A stretch of DNA of 24,000 nt from Acholeplasmataceae bacterium (GCA_963675245.1 OY775910.1:752801-776800), one strand, 5' to 3'. Counted from the stretch's first letter, positions 8,051 to 22,184 are shown. Notes: a model not told the origin generated them from the sequence alone. Numbers and translations are program-made.

Positions 8051-8719
8051 ATGAGATTAAACCCTAAAGTATTTAAGGCACTTACAGGCGATCCTTTCGC
8101 TGTGCAAGAGATTGATGGCCAAAGAGTGGAATTCCATTATATGGACGATACACCATATCTCGAACAATATACGGCACGTGGTCGTTTCGCGATTTGGACA
8201 TCAGACGGTAAAGGAAATTATAAAGTTCTTATTCAAAGTCAATATTATGAAGCATTGAAACCATTTTATGAACAAGGTGTTAATAAAATTTGGTTAGGTT
8301 TTTTATCAAAAGTTGGCACGATGAGCAGAAAAGTAAACATGTTATTCTTAATTCCAACAATGGTTGTTTACGCGATTGCAGTTGTGTTGTTCTCAATTTT
8401 CTGGGAAGAACAAATTATGATCTTATTGATTGTCATGCTCGCAAGCGTTATTGTTACTAACATGTTTCAAAGCAGATATGTTAACAAGAAAGTAAAAGAA
8501 GAAAACAACAACACACAAGAAGCAATTAAAGCATATGTGGGAGAAGAAGAATTCTCAGCATTAGTTAAAAACCAAGAAACATTCTTTGCTGAATATTTTA
8601 AGACCGAAGAAGTTCAGCCTGAAACACCTGCTGAAAGTGAAGAACAAGAAGTGATTGAAGCAGACATAGAACCATCTGAAACAAATAGTAATGAAGAGGA
8701 CGATTCAAATGACAAATAA
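8051..8719 (+). CDS. Membrane protein of unknown function (soluble N-domain, 2 TM helices, acidic C-terminal tail)
   Basis: 222 aa. GGAGG RBS at 8039-8043. TM segments LFLIPTMVVYAIAVVLFSIF and IMILLIVMLASVIVTNMF. E/D-rich tail. No family recognised. Confidence 0.65.
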   Translation: MRLNPKVFKALTGDPFAVQEIDGQRVEFHYMDDTPYLEQYTARGRFAIWTSDGKGNYKVLIQSQYYEALKPFYEQGVNKIWLGFLSKVGTMSRKVNMLFLIPTMVVYAIAVVLFSIFWEEQIMILLIVMLASVIVTNMFQSRYVNKKVKEENNNTQEAIKAYVGEEEFSALVKNQETFFAEYFKTEEVQPETPAESEEQEVIEADIEPSETNSNEEDDSNDK

Positions 8720-10661
8720 GGCAATAGATGCAATCAGATTTTTAGCTGTTGATGCCATCAATAAGGCAAACAGCGGACACCCAGGTATTGTTTTAGGATC
8801 TGCACCAATGGCATATCAACTTTTCACAGAACACTTAAACATTGACGTTAAGAATCCTAAATGGATCAACCGTGACCGTTTTGTATTATCTGCTGGTCAT
8901 GGCTCAATGTTACTATATGCATTAAACCATCTTGTTGGATATAAAGTATCCATGGAAGATATAAAGAATTTTAGACAAATTGGAAAAACACCAGGACATC
9001 CTGAATATGGACATACTGAAGGTGTAGAAACAACTTCTGGACCATTAGGCCAAGGGATTAGTAATGCTGTCGGTATGGCGTTAGCTGAAACACATTTAGC
9101 CGCTAGATTTAATAAAGAAAATTTCCCAATCATCAATCATTACACATATGCTTTATGTGGTGATGGTGATCTTCAAGAAGGGGTTGCTTTAGAAGCAGTA
9201 AGTCTTGCAGGACATTTAGGGTTAGGCAAACTCATTGTTTTATATGATTCAAATGATATCCAATTAGACGGACCAACCAAATGGGCAATAAGCGAAGATA
9301 AAAAAGGTAAGTTTGAGGCATTAGGCTGGCAATATATCCTAGTAAAAGATGGCAATGATTTAGTTGCTTTACAAAAGGCGATTAGAAAAGCGAAAAGAGA
9401 AACAGAAAAACCAACACTCATCGAAGTGAAGACAGTCATTGGTTATGGTACCAGTTTAGCGGGCACTTCGGCTGTACATGGTGCAGCGATTGGTGAAGAA
9501 AAAGCTGATGAAATGCGCAAAAATTTAGGGTGGGAATTTCCACCGTTTGAAATACCTAGTGAGATTTATAATTTATATCGTCGCAAGGTAACATTGCGTG
9601 GACAACGTGTTCATCGTCGTTGGAAGAAACTTTTAAGTGAATATCGTTCTTCTTATCCAAATGAAGCAGCATTACTAGATTCATTTTTGGACGGTCACGT
9701 GACGGTTAATCTTGATGATTATGCAAACATCATGAATGTTGATAAAGAAGCGACTCGTGCGACGAGTGGCAAAATGATTAATGCATTATCATCTAAGTAT
9801 TTGAATTTGATTGGTGGATCTGCAGATTTAACCGCTTCTACAAAAGCGAAAGGTGCAGATGGGCATTTTAATAAGGAAAACAGATTAGCAAGAAACGTAA
9901 ACTTCGGTGTCAGAGAACACGCGATGGGTGCGATTGCTAATGGTATGGTTTTACATGGCGGGTTAAAAGTGTTTACGGGTGCGTTCTTCGTATTCAGTGA
10001 TTACATGAAACCAGCTATACGCTTAGCAGCGATTATGCAAATCCCTACGATTTTTGTCTTCTCACATGATACAATCGCAGTTGGAGAAGATGGACCAACG
10101 CACGAACCTATTGAACAATTAGCTGGTTTACGTGCAATTCCCGGGCTTAATGTGATTCGTCCTGCAGATGCGAAAGAAGTTGCTGCTGCATGGAAAGTCG
10201 CGATGGAATCAACAAGCACACCTACTGCTATTATCTTAACAAGACAAGGTATTAAAAACCATGCCTCTTCAAGTTATGAAGGGCTTGTTAAAGGTGCTTA
10301 TGTGGTATCTCCTGAAAAAGAAACTATCGATGGTATTTTATTAGCTGCTGGATCAGAAGTTGATTTAGCGTTAGAAGCGAAAAAGTTATTATCAGCAGAA
10401 GGTAAAGACATTAGAGTTGTTAGCATGCCTTCGCACTATTTCTTTGAAAAACAAACAAAGAAATATCAAAAACAAATTTTACCTGGACGTGCAAAAGTGG
10501 TTGCGGTAGAAATGGGTTCAAGACAGTCTTGGTATAAATATGCAAAAGATGTTTATGGCTTAGATGAGTTTGGTGTAAGTGCGCCACAAGATGTTGCACT
10601 TAAGCATTTCCATTTCACACCGGAAGAACTTGCAGCATATGCAAAAAAGGTATTTAAGTAA
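8709..10661 (+). CDS. tkt: Transketolase
   Basis: [17 protein letters not shown], the TPP-binding GDGDLQEG, and [20 protein letters not shown] are all canonical transketolase motifs. Start set to ATG 8709, with GAAGAGGA upstream. Confidence 0.93.
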   Translation: MTNKAIDAIRFLAVDAINKANSGHPGIVLGSAPMAYQLFTEHLNIDVKNPKWINRDRFVLSAGHGSMLLYALNHLVGYKVSMEDIKNFRQIGKTPGHPEYGHTEGVETTSGPLGQGISNAVGMALAETHLAARFNKENFPIINHYTYALCGDGDLQEGVALEAVSLAGHLGLGKLIVLYDSNDIQLDGPTKWAISEDKKGKFEALGWQYILVKDGNDLVALQKAIRKAKRETEKPTLIEVKTVIGYGTSLAGTSAVHGAAIGEEKADEMRKNLGWEFPPFEIPSEIYNLYRRKVTLRGQRVHRRWKKLLSEYRSSYPNEAALLDSFLDGHVTVNLDDYANIMNVDKEATRATSGKMINALSSKYLNLIGGSADLTASTKAKGADGHFNKENRLARNVNFGVREHAMGAIANGMVLHGGLKVFTGAFFVFSDYMKPAIRLAAIMQIPTIFVFSHDTIAVGEDGPTHEPIEQLAGLRAIPGLNVIRPADAKEVAAAWKVAMESTSTPTAIILTRQGIKNHASSSYEGLVKGAYVVSPEKETIDGILLAAGSEVDLALEAKKLLSAEGKDIRVVSMPSHYFFEKQTKKYQKQILPGRAKVVAVEMGSRQSWYKYAKDVYGLDEFGVSAPQDVALKHFHFTPEELAAYAKKVFK

Positions 10662-10672
10662 GAAGTGATTTT

Positions 10673-12535
10673 ATGATTTACGATGGTATCATCGTTGGCG
10701 CTGGTCACGCAGGTGTAGAAGCTGCACTTGCCATGGCACGCATGAATAAGCATACAATACTCATTACAGGCAACCTGAACAAGGTTGCTTCTTTGCCTTG
10801 TAACCCCTCTATTGGTGGTCCTGCTAAAGGGATTGTTGTAAGAGAAATTGACGCACTCGGTGGCCAAATGGCTAAAAGTGCGGATCAAGGGCAAATTCAA
10901 ATCAAGATGTTAAATGCATCTAAAGGACCTGCTGTAAGAGCGTTACGCGCACAAATTGATAAATTAATGTATCCAAAAATTATGTTAGATGTGTTAAAAA
11001 ATACTGAAAACCTGACCCTATTAGAAGAACTCGTTGACCAAATGATCGTTGAAGATAATCGTGTCACCGGTGTTATATTAAAGAATGGTGAAAAGGTTTA
11101 TGGAAAAACAGTTATTCTAACGACAGGTACATATCTTGCAAGTAATATTTTAATTGGTAAAGAAAAGACAACCAGTGGGCCACATGGTGAACCGACGACA
11201 TTTGGTATATCTGGTCAATTAAAAGAATTGGGATTTGAAGTAGTTCGTTTAAAGACGGGCACACCACAACGCATCGCGATTGATTCGATCGATCCATCAA
11301 AAATGGTCGTTCAACCTGGCGATGAGATGGCATGGACATTCAGCTATGATAATCATTATCAGGATGAAAACCCGCAAAAGGTTTGTTATTTAACACACAC
11401 CACACCAGAAACACACGAGATCATTAATGAACACTTAACTGAATCTGCGATGTATGGTGGTATTGTTGAAGGTGTTGGACCAAGATATTGTCCATCCATT
11501 GAAGATAAAGTGGTTCGCTTTTCTGATAAGAACAGACACCAAATCTTTATTGAACCGGAAAGTTTATCTTTAGATGAATTATATGTTCAAGGTTTTTCAA
11601 CAAGTCTTCCAAGAGATGTTCAAGAAGAAATGATTAGAACTATCCCTGGATTAGAAAACGTTAAGATTATAAGGTACGCGTACGCGATAGAGTATGACGC
11701 AATTAATCCTATTCAATTAAACGCGACGTTAGAAACAAAACGTATTGAAAACTTATTTTGTGCGGGACAAATCAATGGCACAAGTGGTTATGAAGAAGCA
11801 GCTGGTCAAGGTTTAATGGCAGGTATTAATGCTGCGTTAAAGTTAGACCATAAAGAGCCACTTGTCTTAGAAAGACATGAAGCGTATATTGGTGTTTTAA
11901 TTGATGACCTAGTTACTAAAGGAACAGTAGAACCATATCGCTTGTTTACATCACGTGCTGAACATCGTCTTTTATTAAGACATGATAATGCAGATATCAG
12001 ACTTCGCGATTATGGCTATCAAATCGGTTTAGTGGATGAACAGACCTATCAATCGTATCTCGCTAAAAAAGACGCAATAAGTGCTTTATATGAAGACGTA
12101 AATACGTATCGCGTGTTGCCAACGGATGATAACAATCATTATTTAACATCTCGTGGCTCTGCGAAGATATTTGAAGCGATGACGATTGCTGATTTACTTA
12201 AGCGACCTGAGTTTAATCGTCAAGATATTGTTCACTTTCTGGGTGATCGATATGAAGAGGATATTTTAGAACAAGTTGAAATTGATATTAAATATGATGG
12301 TTATATCAAGAAGGCACTAAGAGAAGCTGAACGTATGACACGTTTGGAACATAAACTAATACCTGCTGATATTGATTATCATGATATTAACAATCTTTCC
12401 TCTGAGAGCCGTGAAAAATTATTAAAGATTAACCCTAGAACCATTGGTCAGGCATCACGAATATCAGGTGTTAATCCTGCAGATATATCGGTGTTAGTTG
12501 TTTATATTGAAGCGGGGATGAGAAAACGTGTTTAA
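10673..12535 (+). CDS. mnmG: tRNA uridine 5-carboxymethylaminomethyl modification enzyme MnmG (GidA)
   Basis: 620 aa. N-terminal FAD fold [17 protein letters not shown], plus [11 protein letters not shown] and [26 protein letters not shown]. Confidence 0.95.
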   Translation: MIYDGIIVGAGHAGVEAALAMARMNKHTILITGNLNKVASLPCNPSIGGPAKGIVVREIDALGGQMAKSADQGQIQIKMLNASKGPAVRALRAQIDKLMYPKIMLDVLKNTENLTLLEELVDQMIVEDNRVTGVILKNGEKVYGKTVILTTGTYLASNILIGKEKTTSGPHGEPTTFGISGQLKELGFEVVRLKTGTPQRIAIDSIDPSKMVVQPGDEMAWTFSYDNHYQDENPQKVCYLTHTTPETHEIINEHLTESAMYGGIVEGVGPRYCPSIEDKVVRFSDKNRHQIFIEPESLSLDELYVQGFSTSLPRDVQEEMIRTIPGLENVKIIRYAYAIEYDAINPIQLNATLETKRIENLFCAGQINGTSGYEEAAGQGLMAGINAALKLDHKEPLVLERHEAYIGVLIDDLVTKGTVEPYRLFTSRAEHRLLLRHDNADIRLRDYGYQIGLVDEQTYQSYLAKKDAISALYEDVNTYRVLPTDDNNHYLTSRGSAKIFEAMTIADLLKRPEFNRQDIVHFLGDRYEEDILEQVEIDIKYDGYIKKALREAERMTRLEHKLIPADIDYHDINNLSSESREKLLKINPRTIGQASRISGVNPADISVLVVYIEAGMRKRV

Positions 12536-13223
12536 AAATGATGTATTAGAAGGATTGGAAATTGAACTATCCGATCAACAATTAAAAATGTTTGATTTGT
12601 ATTATGAACAACTGATTGCTTATAACGAACATACAAATTTAACGAGAATCACAGAGCGAAATGAAGTGAATATCAAACATTTTTATGATTCACTTACATT
12701 GGCGAAAACGCTCGATTTGACAGCGGTTCGTTCACTTTGTGATATGGGTGCGGGTGCTGGTTTTCCAAGTATCCCTTTGAAATTTATTTATCCTCATTTA
12801 AACATTACAATTATTGATTCACTTGGAAAACGGATTGTCTTTTTAAAACAACTGATTGAAACACTTGATTTAAGAGATGTTAATCTTGTCTATGATCGTA
12901 TTGAAAAGCATGCCGAAAACCATCAAGAGGTTTTTGATGTTGTGGTCGCGAGAGCACTTGGCAGCTTACCATTGATTTTAGAAATGGGGATTCCCATGTT
13001 AAAAACAAAAGGGAAGCTGGTTGCTTATAAAGGACATAATTATGAATCAGAGTTATTAGACAGCAAAAAAACATTGTTAAAACTAGGCTCTAAGTTAATC
13101 GAAGAAGAACGCTACGACTTGCCTAATGATATGGGGCATCGTGTGCACTTAGTTGTTGAAAAAATGAAGCATGTCCACGGTTATCCAAGAAGCTTTGCTA
13201 TCATGAAGAAAAAGCCTCTTTAA
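12528..13223 (+). CDS. rsmG: 16S rRNA (guanine527-N7)-methyltransferase RsmG (GidB)
   Basis: 231 aa. SAM motif [14 protein letters not shown]. Conserved mnmG-rsmG pairing. GTG start overlaps the mnmG stop by 8 nt. Confidence 0.9.
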   Translation: MFKNDVLEGLEIELSDQQLKMFDLYYEQLIAYNEHTNLTRITERNEVNIKHFYDSLTLAKTLDLTAVRSLCDMGAGAGFPSIPLKFIYPHLNITIIDSLGKRIVFLKQLIETLDLRDVNLVYDRIEKHAENHQEVFDVVVARALGSLPLILEMGIPMLKTKGKLVAYKGHNYESELLDSKKTLLKLGSKLIEEERYDLPNDMGHRVHLVVEKMKHVHGYPRSFAIMKKKPL

Positions 13224-13237
13224 ACGTATAGGTGATA

Positions 13238-13432
13238 ATGATGAAAATCGATTTAAACGATATCTTGGTCACGAAGAAAAAACATGTCTGTGGTTCGGAC
13301 AGGTGGATTGTGACACGTATTGGCGCGGAAGTGAAAATTAAATGTGAAAAGTGTGGACGAGAAGTGATGTTTTTCAAACCAACACTTGAAAAAAGAATCA
13401 AGGCTATTGAGAAGGTTAATACGGCCGAGTAA
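13238..13432 (+). CDS. DUF951 family small protein
   Basis: KKKHVCGSDRWIVTRIGAEVKIKCEKCGREVMF matches the DUF951 pattern (K.HpCGs..w...R.GaDi.ikC..Cgr.vm). AGGTGA RBS at 13229-13234. Start is ATG 13238 or 13241. Confidence 0.75.
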   Translation: MMKIDLNDILVTKKKHVCGSDRWIVTRIGAEVKIKCEKCGREVMFFKPTLEKRIKAIEKVNTAE

Positions 13433-13497
13433 AACCATTAAATTCATTCAATTTAACGTGTATAATCTAAAAACTCACAAAAAGTTGAGAAAAGCAG

Positions 13498-13526
13498 TTG
13501 ATATTTTAAGCATGTTAAGTTAGAAT
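13498..13526 (+). promoter_or_regulatory. Promoter upstream of tRNA-Tyr (rrn P1 candidate)
   Basis: TTGATA (13498-13503), 17 nt spacer, TAGAAT (13521-13526). Sits 20 nt before the tRNA. Confidence 0.6.
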
Positions 13527-13546
13527 ATATAAGCAAGCCCAAAATT

Positions 13547-13630
13547 GGAGGGGTAGCGAAGTGGCTAAACGCGGCAGACTGTAAATCTGTTCCCTAGGGT
13601 TCGGCAGTTCGAATCTGCCCCCCTCCACCA
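13547..13630 (+). tRNA. trnY: tRNA-Tyr (GTA), long variable arm
   Basis: 84 nt. Acceptor GGAGGGG/CCCCTCC, anticodon loop CTGTAAA, T-arm GGCAG-TTCGAAT-CTGCC, encoded CCA. Confidence 0.93.
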
Positions 13631-13684
13631 TTCTATTTTTGCAAGGCCTTGTTAAAGCAAATTGATATAATTGCACCAAGTGTA

Positions 13685-13713
13685 TTGACAGGGTTCTTTC
13701 ATCATGATAGAAT
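13685..13713 (+). promoter_or_regulatory. Strong promoter in the 16S leader (rrn P2 candidate)
   Basis: Consensus TTGACA (13685-13690), 17 nt spacer, TAGAAT (13708-13713) with extended -10 TG (13705-13706). Confidence 0.7.
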
Positions 13714-13745
13714 ATTAAAGCACGCGTGAGAACGCATGCAATAAA

Positions 13746-13774
13746 GGTCTTTGAAAACTGAATGATGATGAGCG
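13746..13774 (+). other. 5' strand of the pre-16S processing stem
   Basis: GGTCTTTGAAAACTGAATGATGATGAGCG is nearly perfectly complementary to 15456-15484 downstream of 16S. Contains the TCTTTGAAAACTGAA leader box common in Firmicutes. Confidence 0.8.
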
Positions 13775-13860
13775 TAATAGTCGCTTTATGGAGATAAAGC
13801 GACAGAGTTAAAAAGAAACTCAAAAAACAATAAAGAGCTATTAACAAACAAACTATAAAT

Positions 13861-15380
<1,520 letters not shown>

Positions 15381-15455
15381 AGGAGAAAGGCGAGTCGTAA
15401 CAGACTCATTACAATTCTCACTTATGGGTATTCGCAAGAAGACCTGTAAACATTA

Positions 15456-15484
15456 CACTCATCATATTCAGTTTCCAAAGACCC
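15456..15484 (+). other. 3' strand of the pre-16S processing stem
   Basis: CACTCATCATATTCAGTTTCCAAAGACCC pairs with 13746-13774 (about 26 bp, two mismatches, one bulge). Confidence 0.8.
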
Positions 15485-15493
15485 TTAACATAT

Positions 15494-15570
<77 letters not shown>

Positions 15571-15614
15571 TATAATGATTTATACGGTTTACCCTTTTTT
15601 AGTCACAAAAAAAA

Positions 15615-15690
15615 GGGGCCTTAGCTCAGCTGGGAGAGCGCCTGCTTTGCACGCAGGAGGTCAGGGGTTCGAGCCCCCTAGGCTCCACCA
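15615..15690 (+). tRNA. trnA: tRNA-Ala (TGC) in the 16S-23S spacer
   Basis: 76 nt. GGGGCCT acceptor with the G3:U70 identity pair, loop TTTGCAC, CCA encoded. Confidence 0.95.
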
Positions 15691-15790
15691 ATATTAAAGA
15701 TCTTTGAAAAGTAGATAAAAGCTGTCATAAAAAAGAAAAGTTGTTTTTAAGGCAAAACAACGTGTTGATTATTCTAACGAATAACAACTA

Positions 15791-18634
<2,844 letters not shown>

Positions 18635-18780
18635 AGTTAGTTTTGAAAAAACGAATAGCACGAGGGTTTTCCTAAGGAAAGCCAGTGCACAAGTTAACAA
18701 TGAAAGCCTTATAGACAACAAACTCTTGATTTTCCTAGTGAAAAACAAGTATGACAGCATTTATCTAGTTTTGAAGGATT

Positions 18781-18890
18781 GTCTGGTGGCGATGGCGAAG
18801 TGGACACACCTGTTCCCATCCCGAACACAGCAGTTAAGCACTTCTGCGCCGACGATAGCACTAAGGTGCGAAAATAGGACGCTGCCAGGC
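18781..18890 (+). rRNA. rrf: 5S ribosomal RNA
   Basis: GTCTGGTGGCGATGGCGAAGTGGACACACCTGTTCCCATCCCGAACACAGCAGTTAAGC...GGACGCTGCCAGGC closely parallels Firmicutes 5S. Confidence 0.93.
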
Positions 18891-18909
18891 ATTTCTTTAA
18901 TAATTAAAT

Positions 18910-18985
18910 GGGAGTTTAGCTCAGTTGGGAGAGCATCTGCCTTACAAGCAGAGGGTCAGCGGTTCGAGCCCGTTAACTCCCACCA
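18910..18985 (+). tRNA. trnV: tRNA-Val (TAC)
   Basis: 76 nt cloverleaf, anticodon loop CTTACAA, CCA encoded. Confidence 0.93.
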
Positions 18986-18992
18986 TTTAATT

Positions 18993-19068
18993 GCCGAAAT
19001 AGCTCAATCGGTAGAGCAACTGACTTGTAATCAGTAGGTTGCGGGTTCAATTCCTGTTTTCGGCACCA
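18993..19068 (+). tRNA. trnT: tRNA-Thr (TGT)
   Basis: 76 nt, anticodon loop CTTGTAA, CCA encoded. Confidence 0.93.
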
Positions 19069-19074
19069 CTTTTC

Positions 19075-19150
19075 GACCCGTTAGCTCAGTCGGTAGAGCA
19101 CTTGACTTTTAATCAAGGTGTCGAAGGTTCGATTCCTTCACGGGTCACCA
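19075..19150 (+). tRNA. trnK: tRNA-Lys (TTT)
   Basis: 76 nt, anticodon loop CTTTTAA, CCA encoded. Confidence 0.93.
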
Positions 19151-19157
19151 CTTTTAT

Positions 19158-19245
19158 GCCCGGATGGTGAAATCGGTAGACACGAAGGACTTAAAATCCT
19201 TTGAGCGATGAGCTCGTGTCGGTTCAAGTCCGACTCCGGGTACCA
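19158..19245 (+). tRNA. trnL: tRNA-Leu (TAA), long variable arm
   Basis: 88 nt, anticodon loop CTTAAAA, CCA encoded. Confidence 0.92.
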
Positions 19246-19248
19246 ACC

Positions 19249-19324
19249 GGGGCCTTAGCTCAGCTGGGAGAGCGCCTGCTTTGCACGCAGGAGGTCAGGG
19301 GTTCGATCCCCCTAGGCTCCACCA
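19249..19324 (+). tRNA. trnA: tRNA-Ala (TGC), second copy
   Basis: Identical to 15615-15690 except for one T-loop base (TTCGATC versus TTCGAGC). Confidence 0.94.
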
Positions 19325-19365
19325 AGAGATGCCTTATGCATCCCTAGTAAAACAAACAATTGAAT

Positions 19366-19443
19366 GGCGGTGTAGCTCAGCTGGTTTAGAGCGTACGGCT
19401 CATACCCGTAAGGTCGAGGGTTCAAGTCCCCCCGCCGCTACCA
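19366..19443 (+). tRNA. trnM: tRNA-Met (CAT), elongator type
   Basis: GGCGGTGTAGCTCAGCTGG...GGCTCATACCCGT...CGCCGCTACCA resembles Bacillus elongator tRNA-Met. Confidence 0.85.
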
Positions 19444-19448
19444 ACTAG

Positions 19449-19525
19449 GGACCCGTAGCTCAGTTGGTTAGAGCAGCCGGCTCATAACCGGCCGGTCGTA
19501 GGTTCGAATCCTACCGGGTCCACCA
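19449..19525 (+). tRNA. trnI: tRNA-Ile2 (CAT, probably lysidine-modified)
   Basis: GGACCCGTAGCTCAGTTGGTTAGAGCAGCCGGCTCATAACCGGCCGGTCGTAGGTTCGAATCCTAC resembles Firmicutes tRNA-Ile(CAU). The Met versus Ile2 assignment is by similarity recall only. Confidence 0.7.
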
Positions 19526-19552
19526 TTCATTATTTTAAATAGATAAAGCTTA

Positions 19553-19561
19553 TGTTATAAT
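19553..19561 (+). promoter_or_regulatory. Internal extended -10 promoter candidate inside the tRNA cluster
   Basis: TGTTATAAT in the 40-nt AT-rich gap between tRNA-Ile2 and tRNA-Ser. Confidence 0.35.
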
Positions 19562-19565
19562 AGTT

Positions 19566-19656
19566 GGAGGAATACCCAAGTCTGGCTGAAGGGACTGGTC
19601 TTGAAAACCAGCAGGCTGTCAAAGGCGCGGGGGTTCGAATCCCTCTTCCTCCGCCA
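19566..19656 (+). tRNA. trnS: tRNA-Ser (TGA), long variable arm
   Basis: 91 nt, anticodon loop CTTGAAA, CCA encoded. Confidence 0.92.
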
Positions 19657-19690
19657 CTAAGAAATTCCTTTAACTAAAGTTTAAATATAT

Positions 19691-19767
<77 letters not shown>

Positions 19768-19776
19768 AAAAAATTC

Positions 19777-19852
19777 GGTCCGGTGGTGTAGGGGTTAACA
19801 TGCCTGCCTGTCACGCAGGAGATCGCGGGTTCAATTCCCGTCCGGACCGCCA
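19777..19852 (+). tRNA. trnD: tRNA-Asp (GTC)
   Basis: 76 nt, anticodon loop CTGTCAC, CCA encoded. Confidence 0.93.
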
Positions 19853-19857
19853 TACTT

Positions 19858-19933
19858 GGCTCTGTAGCTCAGTCGGTAGAGCAAAGGACTGAAAATCCTT
19901 GTGTCGGCAGTTCAATTCTGCCCGGAGCCACCA
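19858..19933 (+). tRNA. trnF: tRNA-Phe (GAA). Intact gene and anchor of the cassette array
   Basis: 76 nt. Acceptor GGCTCTG/CGGAGCC, anticodon arm AAGGA-CTGAAAA-TCCTT, T-arm GGCAG-TTCAATT-CTGCC, CCA encoded. Confidence 0.95.
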
Positions 19934-19947
19934 TGGAGACCTTAAAT

Positions 19948-19974
19948 AAGCCATTTATAGTGGCTTTTTCTTTT
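19948..19974 (+). terminator. Rho-independent terminator after tRNA-Phe (prototype of the repeated terminator)
   Basis: AAGCCA, 7-nt loop, TGGCTT, then TTTCTTTT. Confidence 0.8.
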
Positions 19975-20009
19975 ATAAAACGCTTAAAAGTCAATCATTT
20001 GATTATATA

Positions 20010-20039
20010 TTGTCTAGATTAATTAAACAATGGTATAAT
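20010..20039 (+). promoter_or_regulatory. Cassette 1 promoter
   Basis: TTGTCT (20010-20015), 18 nt spacer, TGgTATAAT (TATAAT 20034-20039). The -10 starts 60 nt after the terminator T-run. Confidence 0.6.
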
Positions 20040-20064
20040 AAAAGAAAATTGTTGGTGGGGATTT

Positions 20065-20616
20065 ATGAAAAAAATTCTAATAGTTTTATTGTTTATTTTT
20101 TTGCTAACTGGTTGTGCTAAACAACGAACGGAAAATATTGTTGAAGATTTAAATGAGAGCAGTAATTTTGAATATGGCTTATTAATAGAAGTCACTAGTG
20201 ATATTAAAACTCATTTCAATATTAGTCCCGGTTTTGGAGTATATACACTTTTTGATTCATCCATTGAAATAGATATTCAGCAGGAAAGCATTCTAAGTTA
20301 TATAGATGAATATGAAACAACCACATATGATGTAACAGCATATCCAGATTATTCTGATGGTGGAGAATATATTACAATGATTTGGACGACCGATCCAGAT
20401 GTTCATATTTATGACTTATCTGTAGGTGATTCATATACTGAAGAGGAACTAAGTGAATATATGTTATCTTTAGGATTCACTCGAACAAACGATTCAGAAA
20501 ATATATTTATGTATAATAAAGAGCGATTAAATATTTCGATCTTCGTTGAGAGTAACATCATCACGAAGATGTATGTAAGAGTAGATATTACTAATAGATG
20601 GAATATTCAGTATTAA
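20065..20616 (+). CDS. Cassette 1: small lipoprotein, unknown function
   Basis: 183 aa. MKKILIVLLFIFLLTGC lipobox. GGTGGGG RBS. Acidic, Y/D/E-rich mature part. Confidence 0.75.
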   Translation: MKKILIVLLFIFLLTGCAKQRTENIVEDLNESSNFEYGLLIEVTSDIKTHFNISPGFGVYTLFDSSIEIDIQQESILSYIDEYETTTYDVTAYPDYSDGGEYITMIWTTDPDVHIYDLSVGDSYTEEELSEYMLSLGFTRTNDSENIFMYNKERLNISIFVESNIITKMYVRVDITNRWNIQY

Positions 20617-20645
20617 TTAATAGAATGAATTAGTAAAAGTTGCTT

Positions 20646-20738
20646 GAAACGACTGAAAATCCTTGTGTCGGCAGTTCAATTCTGCCCGGAGCCACCATGG
20701 AGACCTTAAATAAGCCATTGATAGTGGCTTTTTCTTTT
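20646..20738 (+). repeat. R1: GAAAC plus tRNA-Phe positions 30-76 plus terminator copy (att-like, no 5' half)
   Basis: 20651-20697 is identical to tRNA-Phe 19887-19933. The trailer and terminator are identical except for one loop base (T to G). Confidence 0.95.
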
Positions 20739-20774
20739 GTATATGGGGAAGCTTGTCCTTGTATTAACCAAGTA

Positions 20775-20803
20775 TTGTCCTCATTTGAAACTAATGCTAT
20801 AAT
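20775..20803 (+). promoter_or_regulatory. Cassette 2 promoter
   Basis: TTGTCC (20775-20780), 17 nt spacer, TGcTATAAT (TATAAT 20798-20803). The -10 starts 60 nt after the T-run. Confidence 0.6.
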
Positions 20804-20833
20804 TAAATTAATTAACACATGGGGGTAGAATTG

Positions 20834-21310
20834 ATGAAAAAAATAATTTTAATTTTTTTTGCAACATTCGTAGTTTTATTTATGTCAGCATGTAAACCAT
20901 ATACATATAACGGAAAAGAAATCGAGTCATTAAAATTCGTTGATATTGATTATTTTGGAGACTATAGACATGAATCAATCATTGATCTACAAAATGGAGA
21001 AGTACTCCACAGACAGTACTCGCCTGAAATCCCAACCCCAGATTATGAAATAGATTTTACATTTGATACTTCCGAAGTTGATTCTTTTTTGGATGAGTTT
21101 GGTTCATCAGGCATATTCAATTTAAAAGAAGAATATCATACAATCTATCATGTTGATGATGGTGGCGGATGGATATTTACAATTTATTATTCAGATGGAA
21201 CCGAAAAAACATCTACAGGAGATAATTATTGGTTAACGAAAGTTTTTGAAAAAGCAGGAACAGCGACTATCAATTTATACGGAGATAATTTATTTGATCC
21301 AGTACACTAG
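20834..21310 (+). CDS. Cassette 2: small lipoprotein, unknown function
   Basis: MKKIILIFFATFVVLFMSAC lipobox. Start moved to ATG 20834, downstream of GGGGG. Confidence 0.7.
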   Translation: MKKIILIFFATFVVLFMSACKPYTYNGKEIESLKFVDIDYFGDYRHESIIDLQNGEVLHRQYSPEIPTPDYEIDFTFDTSEVDSFLDEFGSSGIFNLKEEYHTIYHVDDGGGWIFTIYYSDGTEKTSTGDNYWLTKVFEKAGTATINLYGDNLFDPVH

Positions 21311-21332
21311 TCGATATATAGTTTGGCAGTAT

Positions 21333-21426
21333 GAAACGACTGAAAATTCTTGTGTCAGCGGTTCAATTCTGCCCGGAGCCACCATGGAGACCTTAAATAA
21401 GCCATTTATGATGGCTATTTCTTATT
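21333..21426 (+). repeat. R2: degenerate tRNA-Phe 3'-half plus terminator copy
   Basis: Three substitutions in the tRNA part (C40T, G49A, A52G), which breaks one T-stem pair. The terminator is re-registered as AGCCAT/ATGGCT. Confidence 0.95.
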
Positions 21427-21431
21427 GAAGA

Positions 21432-21440
21432 TGATATAAT
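21432..21440 (+). promoter_or_regulatory. Cassette 3 extended -10 promoter
   Basis: TGaTATAAT only 9 nt after the T-run, about 51 bp shorter than in the other cassettes. No -35 element. Confidence 0.45.
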
Positions 21441-21468
21441 CAAAATATGATTTCAGGGGGTTACACTT

Positions 21469-22011
21469 ATGAAGAAGACTATTATATTTTTCATGATGAT
21501 ATTAATTTGTGTATTACTTTATTCTTGTAATGGATATAATAATTTAATGTATGATCACTTGAGTGATTTGAATAATTATATATCAGTTACGGGAACGATA
21601 GAAAATATAGTATTTTTTGATGCAGATTGGAATGAATTGAATTGGGATTTATCTGATGATGATATTCCGGATTTATATGAACACTTATGCATATATATCA
21701 AGTTTTACTCTGAAGATGACTATCTGCAATTCACAGGAACATCAAATATTCCCGAAAATTTTGAGTATCAGTCAGTATCTATAATGTTTGATATGATTAA
21801 AACAAATATTGAAATATTAAACGAGAATAGCTTTTTTAAAGAATCGATGATTGATGAAGAAGTTTCAATAGTTACTTCAAATTGGATATATATGGATACA
21901 AATTTTTTTCAAATAGTTGGGCTGAGCTTTGAGGAGATTTCCTACCTTGATCCAGAAGAAGGGTTAAATAATTATAGTACTTATATGGAAGACAATAGTT
22001 CATTGTTTTAG
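21469..22011 (+). CDS. Cassette 3: probable small lipoprotein, unknown function
   Basis: 180 aa. MKKTIIFFMMILICVLLYSC, with an atypical Y at lipobox position -2. CAGGGGG RBS. Confidence 0.65.
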   Translation: MKKTIIFFMMILICVLLYSCNGYNNLMYDHLSDLNNYISVTGTIENIVFFDADWNELNWDLSDDDIPDLYEHLCIYIKFYSEDDYLQFTGTSNIPENFEYQSVSIMFDMIKTNIEILNENSFFKESMIDEEVSIVTSNWIYMDTNFFQIVGLSFEEISYLDPEEGLNNYSTYMEDNSSLF

Positions 22012-22026
22012 AAAGAAAGGGTACGT

Positions 22027-22119
22027 GTAACGACTGAAAATCCTTGTGTCGGCAGTTCAATTCTGCCCTGAGCAACCACGGAGACCTTAAATAAGCCATT
22101 TGTGATGGCTTATTCTTTT
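22027..22119 (+). repeat. R3: degenerate tRNA-Phe 3'-half plus terminator copy
   Basis: GTAAC replaces GAAAC. Substitutions G67T and C72A, and a trailer T to C change (CCACGG) shared with R4. Confidence 0.95.
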
Positions 22120-22154
22120 GTAAATTCAGTAAAAGTCCTTTTGCTTACTACGTT

Positions 22155-22184
22155 TTGTCGAAAACTAAATAGTAATGATATAAT
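22155..22184 (+). promoter_or_regulatory. Cassette 4 promoter
   Basis: TTGTCG (22155-22160), 18 nt spacer, TGaTATAAT (TATAAT 22179-22184). The -10 starts 60 nt after the T-run. Confidence 0.6.

Noticed and set aside
2867-8708. Upstream in-frame starts given by the ORF track (2867, 4005, 4857, 8691)
   Set aside because: Each extension overlaps the preceding gene or lacks an RBS. Internal ATGs at 2894, 4026, 4935 and 8709 have good Shine-Dalgarno sequences and give canonical N-termini.
3694-13447. Antisense or overlapping ORFs within well-supported genes (3694-3903-, 4621-4815-, 5809-6015-, 8897-9136-, 9173-9439-, 10001-10219-, 10553-10900-, 11112-11339-, 12880-13074-, 13201-13401-, 13253-13447-)
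   Set aside because: They sit opposite strongly supported conserved CDSs, have no RBS or promoter context, and their composition is consistent with antisense of AT-rich coding sequence.
13515-13847. 110-aa minus-strand ORF
   Set aside because: It overlaps tRNA-Tyr and the rrn leader and promoters. The motif GGRFELPNP is the usual antisense tRNA T-arm translation.
18726-19037. 103-aa + strand ORF
   Set aside because: It spans 5S rRNA, tRNA-Val and tRNA-Thr, so it is a translation artefact.
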